Assembly (NCBI GenBank): GCA_965222875.1
Contig: CBDCVC010000001.1
Span: forward strand, 117,264-181,263
Source: Candidatus Multivorans sp.
GTDB lineage: Bacteria; Acidobacteriota; Thermoanaerobaculia; Multivoradales; Multivoraceae
Reading direction: 5' to 3'
DNA: 64,000 nt
Made by a program: the position numbers and the translations under genes. Shown piece after piece: positions 19,001-28,422 of this stretch (within the stretch, counting starts at the first letter, position 1; each line of letters begins with the position of its first letter). Under the pieces are notes generated by a model, which saw only the letters and a list, made by a program, of their open reading frames with translations, ran no database searches and had not been told where the DNA came from.

Positions 19001-21917
19001 CGACCTGGTAGACGCCGCTGGCGTTTGGCATCGCGCGGCCGCGGGCGCCCAGAAGCTGCACCTGCTTCAGCAGGCCGCGCTCGGCCAGCATCTCAAACAA
19101 GCTCCGCAGCAGCTCCTCCGCCTTCTCCGGCTCGGCGCCCCACTTCGCGGCCATCTGCCTCATCGTCGTCTGGCCGCCCTCGCTCAGCCACTGCAGGACG
19201 CGGCTGGGATTGTCGCCGGGGCCGCGTTTCAACTTGACGCCCTTCGGTCCGCCGGACCGCCGAAGATAGCCCTGCTGGATCTCGAGGTCGCCGGCGAGGC
19301 GGTTCCGGGTGAAGGTCAGATACTCCGCGTCGTAGAGGACCTTCTGCCGGCGAACGTAGTCGAGTGCCGCGGCGACCCCCTCGCGCATGGATTCCGGCGC
19401 CAGCCCGAGCCGGTTGGCGTGGTCCTGGATCCACGGCAGCGAAGCGTCCAGGTCGGCGTAGTCGACCTTCATTCGCCCCCAAGGTTCCAATCCCAGGGGT
19501 TGCCGGGCGGACTCCGAGATCTCCCGCAGCACCTGCATGCGCAGGAACTTCCGCCGTTCGCCGCGGTGGCGGCGGCCGGCTGCCTCCCGCCGGGCGACGA
19601 CCCAGACCTCCGGAATCAGCGCGCGCGAGAGCGACTCGTCCTTCTCCAGAGCGTCTTCGAGGAACCAGGTCAGGTCGCCTATCGACCTGTGCCCGCTGCC
19701 CAGTCCGTCCGCCATCAACGACCGCAGGCGGAATCGGCGCGCGTGGTCCTTCATCCAGCCGGCCTGAAAGGCGGCGTCCTGGCGGTTGTCGCAGAACACG
19801 AGCAGCCGCGGCCGCTCCGAGTGATGGACCATGTCCTGAGCCAGAACGTGCACGTCGGCGGCGTTGCTGGCGCGCACGGGCCGCGCCGGTTCACGGTAGT
19901 GGCCGCCTCCGCCCCGGCCGCCCAATGCGCCGCACGAGAGGCAGCTCGTCAGGACGCCGGGCCTGTCCCGCTTCTGCTTGACTGCGTGAAGGCGGATTCG
20001 CGGGCCGGGCGCGCCGCAGGCGAGGCAGTCCCCGCCTGGTCGTTCATGCGCTGCGCCGCAATGCCGGCAGAGGTGGACCGGAGCGGTTCGCCGTTCGAGG
20101 ACGCTCGCGGCATCACTGTTCCCGTTGGGTCGTCCCTGGTCTGGACCGTCTTCGTCCTCCGCGTCGTGCTCGTCGCCGCCGATCAGGCGGTCCACCAGAA
20201 CCACTCGCTTCCCCTCCCGGGCCTCGTCGAGCTTTCGCCAGACGACACCGTCCCCATGCGGCTCGCCGCCGCCAGGGCGTTTGCCGGTGAATGAGAAGTC
20301 CTCGAGATGGGCCTCGTAGTAGTGCTGACCGCAGGTGGTGCAGGTGAGCACTGGCAGACGTGCCGACCGCGTTTCGCCTGACGGCTCGGTCTCCTCGGCC
20401 GCCGCCGTCCCGCCGTGCTCGATCTCGTCCTCCGCGGCCAGCCAGAGCCGAGGTTCGCCCGTCTCGTCCGGAAAGGACACCACCGCGCCGGGAATTCCGC
20501 GCACGAAGGCGTGGACCACCGGCCGCAGTAGAGGCCGGCCATCGCGCCGCGCCGCGGCGGCCAGGGTCAGCCACGCCAGGATCTCGGCCTCCGTGATCTC
20601 CCGGCCGATGGCTTCGTGGAGTTTCGACGGCAGTTCGTGCAGCGGCCGCGGCTCGTGCAGCGCTTCGTTCAGGCGATAGACGATCTCGCTCCGCGCCAGG
20701 GCTCGGTAGAGCGCTTCGGGCCAGGGCTCATCGTCGAGATCCCGGCCGGCGAGCGCCCGAAAGGACCGGCGGACGGCGTGCCCGGGTCCATCGGAGTCCT
20801 CGTCGACGGCCTTGACGCAGTCGGCCAGGAGTTGGGCAGTGTCTCCGTGTGGCGCCGCCGCTGGCAGCCACCTCTCTTCGCTCCAGACCTCCTCCTCGTA
20901 GTCCTCCGCGACCGTCTCGACGGACTCCTCCGGCACGCCGAAGAAGCGCGACGCGAAGGCGCGAGCCGCCTCCGGCCGCTCGCGGTCGACGATCGTCGCC
21001 GAGGTGGCGACGCAGACCGTGTCCGCGGCCTGCCGGCCGCAGAAGGCCCGCAGACGGCGGATGAGACACGCGGTCTCCGCGCCCATCGCTCCGGTAAAGG
21101 TGTGAGCCTCGTCGAACACGAGGTAGTCGAGCCGGGCGCCGTGGAACAGCTCGGCGTCCCGCTGGCGGGTGAGAAGCAGCTCCAGTTGCTTCACGTTGGT
21201 GAGCAGGATTCGCGGTTGCCCGCCGGTCGAACGCATCGCTTCCCGCGAGCACGCCTCTTCCGCCGGGAACACGCTCTCGCCGCTCTTGGCCGCTCGCACC
21301 GCCTCGAGCTGCGCCTCGTAGTCCGAGCGGGAAGACCCCGGAGGAAGCCTGACGCCGCCCACGTCGCCTTCCCTCTCCGGCATCTTGCCGACGTACATGC
21401 CGAACGAAACGCCCGTGCCCGCCAGCAGCGAGCGCAGCCGCATCAACTGATCCTCGGCCAGCGCGTTCATCGGATAGACGATCACGGCGCTGATGCCGGC
21501 CGCCGCACCCTCGTCCCGCAGCCGCAGGCAGCGACTGACGATCGGGTAGAGGAAGCACTCCGTCTTGCCGGAACCGGTGCCGGTCGAAACGAGCGTCGAG
21601 CGACCCCCGACGATCGCGCGGACCGCCTTCTCCTGGTGCCGGTAGAGCTGCGAGACGGTGCTCGGAATCCGCTGCTCCAGGTGTGGATGGAGCAGCCCTT
21701 CGACCGCCAGGTCCGCCACAACCGCGCCGCTGCTGAAGGGCCGCGAGAGGCTGACGAACGGCCCTTGCAGCAACGGCGACTCGCGCGCCTCGTCGAGCGA
21801 CAGCAGTTCACGCATCTGCCCATGCAGGCGCGGGTCCGCGAACGGATAGGCCCGCAACTGGTAACGGAGAAAGCTCTGGAGAACCTTCTCCGTGAAGACG
21901 ACCGGGTTCAGAGCCAT
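16062..21917 (-). CDS. Giant DEAD/DEAH helicase with DUF1998, a PD-(D/E)XK/DUF559-like nuclease and an S24-like tail (interrupted by IS630)
   Basis: TGTGSGKT, YPMNALAEDQ, DEAH, SAT, TATLELGVDIG, QRAGRAGR, several CxxC, DUF1998 C..GC..SCIDCL, TTPDVIY..VYLDG..H, AAAG and GRSMEP. Confidence 0.88.
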
Positions 21918-22078
21918 GGGGCCGGCAAGGCTACCGCTTCTGACGACAGCTTCTTGGCGCCCCGCTGTAGATTCCTGTCATGCCGACCGAACCCCAAGGT
22001 CACCATAGTCGCGGGGCCGCATGGGGGGCGGTCGGCCGGCGGGGCCGTGCCCGTTATCAAGGAGGAGGAACAGAACCG

Positions 22079-22300
22079 ATGAGAGCGCCGAAAGAGAAAC
22101 TACCCGTGTCGAAGCTTGATGATCCCGACATGCAGGCGGTGCCTGTGGCAATGGAGCGAGCCGTCCGACGTGCGCACAGGGATGCGCATCGGCACGGCAC
22201 CGGTGTTCTCGTGGTCGTGAACGGCAAGATGGTGGAGGTCTCCCCGGATCCGGCGCTGTACGAAGACGACTCGGTAGCGGAGCCGACGAAGCGCTCGTAG
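22079..22300 (+). CDS. Small hypothetical, antitoxin-like protein
   Basis: Strong AGGAGG RBS; AMERAVRRAHRDA...VVVNGKMVEV pattern seen in small TA-associated proteins. Confidence 0.55.
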   Translation: MRAPKEKLPVSKLDDPDMQAVPVAMERAVRRAHRDAHRHGTGVLVVVNGKMVEVSPDPALYEDDSVAEPTKRS

Positions 22301-22429
22301 CTGTCTTGAACAGGCAGACGCGCGGGGCGGCTTGAAGCGGCCGTCCCGGCTTTCGGTTGCACTCTCGGCATCCTGCCGGAACTGGCTACGTCTTGGCGGC
22401 CCCGCGTGGTCAGCTCCTCCGCCGTCGCG

Positions 22430-22927
22430 TCAGGAACGCGAGGACGGCAACCGCCGCGAGCAACGGCGCCTGTGGAGGAAGTCGTTGCGTGCCGGGCTCG
22501 GGAGCTTGATCGGCAACGCCCGGCGCCGGTAGCCCGGCGCCTTCGGCAGGATCGCCACGTCCTCAAAGTCGGCCGTCAGGTTCCCGTCCTTGACGACCAT
22601 CACTCTCGCATCAGAAGCGGCCGCTAGGGCGAGCATTTGCCTGTCGTTCTCCCCGGAGCGCGTCACGACGGATCGCAGCCGTTCCTCTTCCCGTTCAATA
22701 TCTTCGTCGGCTATTCGATTCGCCAGACCGCTCTGGCTGTAGCGCCGGACGAGTGCCCAGACCTTGTCGTCCCACTTGAGTTGCTTCCCGCAACGATCGT
22801 AGGTGGAGTATGCAACCCGCCCATGCCCCTCGCCTATCCAATGCCGGAGCTGCGCGCCGGCCGACGCCGGCGATTCCTCATTGACAACGTCGAACGCACT
22901 TGCGTCCAGCACTACCCGAGTACACAT
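22430..22927 (-). CDS. PIN-like domain protein (putative nuclease)
   Basis: VVLDAS start, NDRQMLALAAASDARVMVVKDGNLTADF acidic pattern; starts 9 bp after the ATPase stop. Confidence 0.6.
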   Translation of the reverse strand: MCTRVVLDASAFDVVNEESPASAGAQLRHWIGEGHGRVAYSTYDRCGKQLKWDDKVWALVRRYSQSGLANRIADEDIEREEERLRSVVTRSGENDRQMLALAAASDARVMVVKDGNLTADFEDVAILPKAPGYRRRALPIKLPSPARNDFLHRRRCSRRLPSSRS

Positions 22928-22936
22928 GGCCCAGCC

Positions 22937-24202
22937 CTACCGGCGGAAGCCGAGAAGCCGCTCGGTCTCGTCGACGAAGAACTCCCGGAAACCGCGCGGC
23001 GGGTCGACCAGATTCGCTTGATCGTCCAGTCGAATGTCGTGCAGGATCGTGGAGGCGCCGTCATCGCTGCGGTGGAAGTAGGCGATGCCCACGTCTTGCG
23101 GATCCACCTGCCCCGACATCGCGGCGATCCGGAACCAGTCCGGTACGTGGTCGCTGTGCGTTTCGACCAGGAGCCGACTGCCGCGCGACGCTACCGCGCG
23201 AACCAGCGCCGCTTGCGTTCGTGGGTGCAAATGAGCCTCGGGCTGTTGCAGGAGGAGGGTGGCCTCCCTTGGCGCGGAAGCGATGGCGTGGAGCATCGGC
23301 AACGCGCTCTGGACGCCGAAGCCGACGTCGACGAGGTTGCGACGGTCCCCGGAGGCGTCGACAAGCACTTCGTAGCCGCTTGGCTCGCGCCGGAGTTCGA
23401 GATCGGTGAAGAGGCCGAGCTCGCTGCCCAGTTCTCGAATCTTGACGAGCATCGCACTATCCATCGTTCGGCCGAACGGGTTCGTTGCGAACGACCGTTC
23501 GCGCAGCCAACCGACCGGGTCGTTGGCGGCAACCAGGAGCTTCTGCTCGGGCGTTGGGAAGAGGCCGCTCTGCCGAAAGAAGTTCACGAAACCCACGAAC
23601 GCCCGGTCCGCTTCCGGCGTCAGGTCGCCGGTTCGCCTACGTCTCAAGATCGGATTGCCGTCGTGCGGCAGGTTGCCCAGACGGACGGAGCGCGACAGCC
23701 ACGTACTGAACTGCCGGTGGGAAACAGAGGACTGTTCGAAGTCGAACTCGAAGTCTGGTCCGGCGACTCGCCACATCTCCCGGCGGGCATCGCCTGACGG
23801 GTCGAGCCGCGTAATGCCGAAGGCAGGTGCGTCGCGCCCCTTCGTGTTGAGCACGAAAACCAACTCCCGCTCGCGGGGTTCGCCGTCGGGACCTTGGTCG
23901 TAGACGACGCGCACGCGTTCGTAGCTGTGGCCCTCGAGTGTCGCTTCCAGGGCGAACGCCGCGGCGCCGGAACGGGCGATCGTGCTGAAGGGACCCATGT
24001 TGAACGGCGGCTGATCGAAGTGGTTCTCGTCGTTCAGGTCGTCGAGACTCGCCAGTTTGGCCATTCCGCGAAGGCAGCCCAGAAAGGTCGACTTCCCTGC
24101 GCTGTTCTCTCCCACCACCACCGCGATGCGGGGCAGTCCGACACGCTGGGTACCCTCGAAGCAGCGCACGTCCGTCAGAGCGAGGCTCGTGATGGCGCTC
24201 AT
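22937..24202 (-). CDS. ABC/AAA_21-type ATPase with DUF3696-like C-terminus
   Basis: GENSAGKS, VGFGVQSALP, LLLQQPEAHLHP, VETHSDH, LDDQANLVDPPRGFREFF. Confidence 0.88.
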   Translation of the reverse strand: MSAITSLALTDVRCFEGTQRVGLPRIAVVVGENSAGKSTFLGCLRGMAKLASLDDLNDENHFDQPPFNMGPFSTIARSGAAAFALEATLEGHSYERVRVVYDQGPDGEPRERELVFVLNTKGRDAPAFGITRLDPSGDARREMWRVAGPDFEFDFEQSSVSHRQFSTWLSRSVRLGNLPHDGNPILRRRRTGDLTPEADRAFVGFVNFFRQSGLFPTPEQKLLVAANDPVGWLRERSFATNPFGRTMDSAMLVKIRELGSELGLFTDLELRREPSGYEVLVDASGDRRNLVDVGFGVQSALPMLHAIASAPREATLLLQQPEAHLHPRTQAALVRAVASRGSRLLVETHSDHVPDWFRIAAMSGQVDPQDVGIAYFHRSDDGASTILHDIRLDDQANLVDPPRGFREFFVDETERLLGFRR

Positions 24203-25656
24203 GGGGCGCTCCTGCCCACGAGTTTCCGAAGCCAGCTTCGCAGTCGAGCCATCCGGCCGCGGCTGCCGAGAGGCGGTGCCGCATCGAGGAACGGATAGAC
24301 GACCCGATCTCCCTGCGCCGTCCGGGTCGCGACTTCACAGTGTTCGCGGCACGGCCGATCTTCCGTGCGGAGCACGTTCGGCACGTAGCTGTAGTCCAGC
24401 TTGCCGGCGTTCTGGGGCCACCATACGTCGCCGACGACCATGCGGAGCATCTCGAGCGTCATGAGACTGGCAAGATTGGCGCTGAACGGGAACACGTTCT
24501 GATTCGTGGGTCTGCCGCCGGCGAGCCTGGCGATGTAGTTCGGGTCGTCCAGGGAGCCGTCGCGCTCCATGGTGACGTCCGAGGTCGTGTACTGCCCGTC
24601 GCATCGCAGGCAGCGGCGCTCGGGCCCGGCGCGGACCACGCTCCAGGCCGCCTGGCCCAGGGTGCGGTCTCGCTTCGTGTCGACGAAGACGCCTCCAAAC
24701 ACGACGGGGATGCAGTGGGCGTAGGCGATGTGGTCCACAAGGTCCTTTGGAAGGGGTCGGTCGACGCAGGAGAACAGGACGTCGCAGTCGAGCGCGGCGA
24801 GATAGCAGTCGCGCTGCTGGAGCCAGCCGGCGTGGGTCTCGACCCCGAAGTCCGCTGCCGTCGCCGACCGGCGCAGATTCTCGGCTGCGAGTTCGACTTT
24901 GAGGCGGCCGATGTCGTTCTCGCCAGCGTACAGGAGACGGTCCAGGTTGTGGCGCTTCACTTGGTCCGCGTCCACGAGAACGATGTTCTCGACGCCGATG
25001 CGGGCGAGCGTCTCCGCAACGATGCACCCGACGCTCCCGAGACCCACGACGCCGATTCGCAGCCGGGCCAGATCTGCTTGGCGGGCGCGGCCCCAAGTAT
25101 CGGTCGTGCGCCGGAGGACCGCCCGCCGCCGAGGCGGCGGGACCAACTCGTCATTCCAGGTCAGCCGCAGGCAACGACCGACGACCCTCACCTTCCGGCA
25201 CCACGTTCGCTCGAATTCGCCGCCCTTGCGGTTCCAGAAACGCGCGCTCCACGATTCATCCGTTCCGAGTGTCAGCCCTACGAGCGGCAGGCCGGTGGCT
25301 CGGGCCGGCCCGCCGATGCGGTCCCGTTCGGCCTTGACATCCGCACTGCTCATGTCTTGCCAACCGGCTGTCGGATGGCTGTGCAGGAAGGCCAGACCTG
25401 CGTTCTTCTCGCGGGCGAGGCGAAGGGCCCGCGACAGGAAGTCCGGTTCGAAGCTCGCGCCGCCGTGCAGCGTGCGTTCCCCTTCCTCCGGCAGGACGAG
25501 TTCCGAGATCAGCGCGGTCGTCCGGCTAGCGCCGGTACTTGGCCGCCACAGCGCGAAGCAGAGGTCTTCCTGCCGTGTGCCCGAGCGCAGATGCGCCAGC
25601 AGGTGACGGCAAGCTGCATCGTGAGCGGACTCGACCAGCGCCGCCTCGAAGGTCAC
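24199..25656 (-). CDS. JAB/MPN-like peptidase fused to a ThiF/E1 adenylyltransferase
   Basis: QEDLCF...HSHPTAGWQDMSSAD JAMM-like motif; GVVGLGSVG, DADQVKRHNLDRL, SCVD, CLRC and CREHC zinc ligands; GTGA overlap with upstream gene. Confidence 0.88.
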   Translation of the reverse strand: MTFEAALVESAHDAACRHLLAHLRSGTRQEDLCFALWRPSTGASRTTALISELVLPEEGERTLHGGASFEPDFLSRALRLAREKNAGLAFLHSHPTAGWQDMSSADVKAERDRIGGPARATGLPLVGLTLGTDESWSARFWNRKGGEFERTWCRKVRVVGRCLRLTWNDELVPPPRRRAVLRRTTDTWGRARQADLARLRIGVVGLGSVGCIVAETLARIGVENIVLVDADQVKRHNLDRLLYAGENDIGRLKVELAAENLRRSATAADFGVETHAGWLQQRDCYLAALDCDVLFSCVDRPLPKDLVDHIAYAHCIPVVFGGVFVDTKRDRTLGQAAWSVVRAGPERRCLRCDGQYTTSDVTMERDGSLDDPNYIARLAGGRPTNQNVFPFSANLASLMTLEMLRMVVGDVWWPQNAGKLDYSYVPNVLRTEDRPCREHCEVATRTAQGDRVVYPFLDAAPPLGSRGRMARLRSWLRKLVGRSAP

Positions 25657-26033
25657 AGTTGCTCCAGGACGCGAAAGAGATGGCGCCGGACGTAAGTCCG
25701 CATGTTCTTGTCCGACGGCGCCAGACGGTCCCAGAAGTCGCTCGGAGGAAAGCTGAAGGCCCACCATTCGGTGCCTTCGAACTCGTGCTTCGAGTGCATC
25801 GTGAAGTGCGTGCCCTCGATTTCCGCTTGCCGAAAGTGGACGAAGTGCGGCGGATACTCGGGGTAGGCATCCTCCTGAAAGCTCAGACCAAGCTGCAGTA
25901 TCTTCCCCTTGAAGCGCCCGCTTGGCGCACGGAGCGGGAAGACGACGCCCGCGCCCCCCATACCGTTCCACGAAGGAACGACGCGGGCCTCGATCTCGAG
26001 TTCCCGCAGCTCTCGGGCGATGGTTTCGAGCAC
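25653..26033 (-). CDS. Putative E2/UBC-fold protein with no cysteine
   Basis: YPEYPPHF and WWAFS motifs; lies between the Ubl and E1 genes; zero Cys in 126 aa. Confidence 0.65.
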   Translation of the reverse strand: MLETIARELRELEIEARVVPSWNGMGGAGVVFPLRAPSGRFKGKILQLGLSFQEDAYPEYPPHFVHFRQAEIEGTHFTMHSKHEFEGTEWWAFSFPPSDFWDRLAPSDKNMRTYVRRHLFRVLEQL

Positions 26034-26037
26034 TGCG

Positions 26038-26493
26038 TCAGGCTACGGGCGTCGGTCCGGCGTAGAGCGCTACGAACTCGTCGCCGTCGACGATCGGCAC
26101 TTCATCGACGAGGTTCTCGTACCTCTCGGCCGTACGCACGTTGTCGAGGTAGTAGCTCTCCAGTTGATTCAGGTCGATTGCGGCGTCGGCACCCGCGTGG
26201 CGCAGGATCTCCTCCAGGGTGATCGGCGTCTTCGTTGTGACCTGCGGCTCTCCGTTCACTGTGTAGTGGATTCTCGACTCCGGAGGCGGCGGATCCCGAC
26301 GCGGCTTGACCTCGAACTTGTCCCCTTCGCGCAACTCGACCTCGGCGGACGGGTCGAACCACGTCTCGCCGGTGTCCTCGCGCACAAGCTCGGCGTCTTT
26401 GGGCCTCCACCCGATCTGCTTCAGGAGCCATTCGACGGAGACACGTTTCCGTGAAGACTCGAAGTTCTGGCCGTTGATGGTGAAGTGGATCAT
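26038..26493 (-). CDS. Multi-ubiquitin-domain protein with two beta-grasp repeats
   Basis: Repeats IHFTINGQ...VELREGDKFEV and IHYTVNGE...VPIVDGDEFVA linked by PPPP; ends YAGPTPVA. Confidence 0.8.
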   Translation of the reverse strand: MIHFTINGQNFESSRKRVSVEWLLKQIGWRPKDAELVREDTGETWFDPSAEVELREGDKFEVKPRRDPPPPESRIHYTVNGEPQVTTKTPITLEEILRHAGADAAIDLNQLESYYLDNVRTAERYENLVDEVPIVDGDEFVALYAGPTPVA

Positions 26494-26749
26494 GCTGCCG
26501 GTCTTCCTCTGTCGGGGCGCCGTCCCTTGCCGCTGGTGGAGACGGCTCTTGCGCAAGCCGGTATGTTGTGCGCCGGCTTTGGCCAACTATACCGTCGCTG
26601 GAGGTGGTTTCGGGTCGAGACGACACCGCTCCAGGCCTGACCCCGGGCGGCGGTGGGACGTGGTTGCCGAGCGCTAAGGAAGGCGGCCCCGAGGTACTCT
26701 GAAAGGCAACCTCGGAGACCCTCGCTCCACCCCTGATGGAGGCAAGACG

Positions 26750-27379
26750 GTGACGAAGATCGAGCGACGACAGCCCGCAGCCGACTGGCTTCAGATGAAG
26801 GTGTATCTCTCAGGCATCAAGCCGGAGATCTGGCGCCGATTCCTCGTTCCCGTGTCCTTCACGCTCCACGAACTCCACGCCGTGATTCAGGGCGCGATGG
26901 GCTGGGACGACAGCCACCTGTCCATGTTCGGCATCGGCGGCGTCTGGTTCGAGACGCCGAGCCCGTACTCCGCGGAAGAACCCGAACTTGGAGAAAACGC
27001 GCGGGACCATGTGTTGGCCGACGTCCTGCCCGTCGGCACGGGCTTCGTCTACGTGTACGACTTCGGCGACGACTGGCACCACGCGCTGACGGTGGAGAAG
27101 AGGGTCGCCCCTTCCGCAGGGGCGGTTCCGTCGCGTGGAATGGACCTGCCGCGCTGCATCGAAGGCGCCCGGGCCTGCCCGCCGGAGGACTGCGGCGGCG
27201 TCGGCGGATACTGGAACCTGGTGGAGGCGCTCGCCGATCCCGAACACGAAGACCACGAGCGCCTGTCTGAGTGGATCGGGACGTTCGAGGCGGAGGTCTT
27301 CAGCGTCGATCAGGCCAACGCGCTGATTTCGGGAAATTGCGCCCTGTACCGCGAGCGAGGATGGGGTTTCCTCGATTAG
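26750..27379 (+). CDS. pRiA4b ORF-3 family protein
   Basis: IWRRFLVP, LHAVIQGAMGWDDSHL, YVYDFGDDWHH, GARACPPEDCGG. Confidence 0.9.
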   Translation: MTKIERRQPAADWLQMKVYLSGIKPEIWRRFLVPVSFTLHELHAVIQGAMGWDDSHLSMFGIGGVWFETPSPYSAEEPELGENARDHVLADVLPVGTGFVYVYDFGDDWHHALTVEKRVAPSAGAVPSRGMDLPRCIEGARACPPEDCGGVGGYWNLVEALADPEHEDHERLSEWIGTFEAEVFSVDQANALISGNCALYRERGWGFLD

Positions 27380-27654
27380 GCGGCAGTGTGACGTGAACCC
27401 GAGGCACGAAGGAGGGTCGGCATGAATACCGGCTCGGGGCGGGTGCCGCACTCGCGGACCAGCATCTTTCGGACGCCTAGTCGGTATCCTTCGTCGATCG
27501 CTTCGCGGCGAGTCGGAAAGACGCCAACCAACTGTTGGCCGCAGATCAGGACGTACTGGTCCGGGAACCTGGTCGCGTACTCGTCGAAGTGCTCCTCGAA
27601 GAACTCCAGTTCGTCAGCGAGGAGCGGCTGCGTTTCGGCGTCTCTGTCTGGCAT
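27376..27654 (-). CDS. DUF5678-like small protein
   Basis: ELEFFEEH...FPDQYVLICGQQLVGVFPTRREAIDEGY pattern. Confidence 0.6.
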   Translation of the reverse strand: MPDRDAETQPLLADELEFFEEHFDEYATRFPDQYVLICGQQLVGVFPTRREAIDEGYRLGVRKMLVRECGTRPEPVFMPTLLRASGSRHTAA

Positions 27655-27877
27655 CGCGTCCCTTGCAAGCAGTGGGAGGGTGCGGTTCGTTGATGACCCT
27701 CTCGCTTCACCGTAGCATGAGCCCGAACCTATCCCCGTGTGGCGGCCCGACGTATGCCGCCCGCCACCGTCGCCCCGCCTGGGGCGGGATCGGCGCGTAC
27801 CGAACCAAGCACTTGACCAAGTTGGGCGTGGGGCCTAGCATCCCTTCAACTCAGGTTGAACGAGGAGCACGGAGAAC

Positions 27878-28120
27878 ATGACCCGTTACGTGAAGATCGG
27901 CGAGGCCAAGACGCACCTCTCGGCGCTGCTGGCGGATGTGGAGGCGGGCGAGGACTTGGTCATTTGCCGCGGCGCGACTCCGATTGCCCGCGTGACCCCG
28001 CACGTCGACGACCGGGACCATGCCGCGCTGTGCGCGACGTTGCGCCGGGAACGGGCGAAGCAGCGTGCCGTGACGACCCCGGAACTCCTGGCTTGGCGCC
28101 ACGAGGGGCACGCCCGCTGA
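27878..28120 (+). CDS. Phd/YefM family antitoxin
   Basis: IGEAKTHLSALLADVEAGEDLVICRGATPIARV; AGGAG/GGAG RBS. Confidence 0.9.
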   Translation: MTRYVKIGEAKTHLSALLADVEAGEDLVICRGATPIARVTPHVDDRDHAALCATLRRERAKQRAVTTPELLAWRHEGHAR

Positions 28121-28422
28121 TGGCGTTCGTTCCCGACGCCTCGGTCGCGGCCGCCTGGGTGCTGCCGGATGAGGAAGCGGCGCTGGCCGACCTGGCCTTG
28201 GACCGGCTCGGCGCCGAAACGGCCAAGGTCCCGGACGTCTTCTGGCACGAATTGCGGAATCTCCTGTTGTCGGCCGAGCGTCGGGGCCGCATTGACGACC
28301 GCCACGCCGACGTCTCCCTGTCACGGCTGCGCAGGCTTCCGATTCGCAGCGTCGTCGAAGCGGATACGCGGGAGCGTGGCGCTGACGCTTGCCCAGGACG
28401 CCTCCTTCAACGGGAAGGGTGA
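28120..28422 (+). pseudogene. vapC: VapC (PIN) toxin, C-terminally truncated
   Basis: FVPDASVAAAWVLPDE...FWHELRNLL present; the later YDAAY motif is absent and the frame runs into antisense SNF2 sequence. Confidence 0.8.

Noticed and set aside
27851-28370. Genuine C-terminal domain of the 1138-aa SNF2 ORF
   Set aside because: Arg/Pro-rich read-through on the antisense strand of the phd-vapC genes
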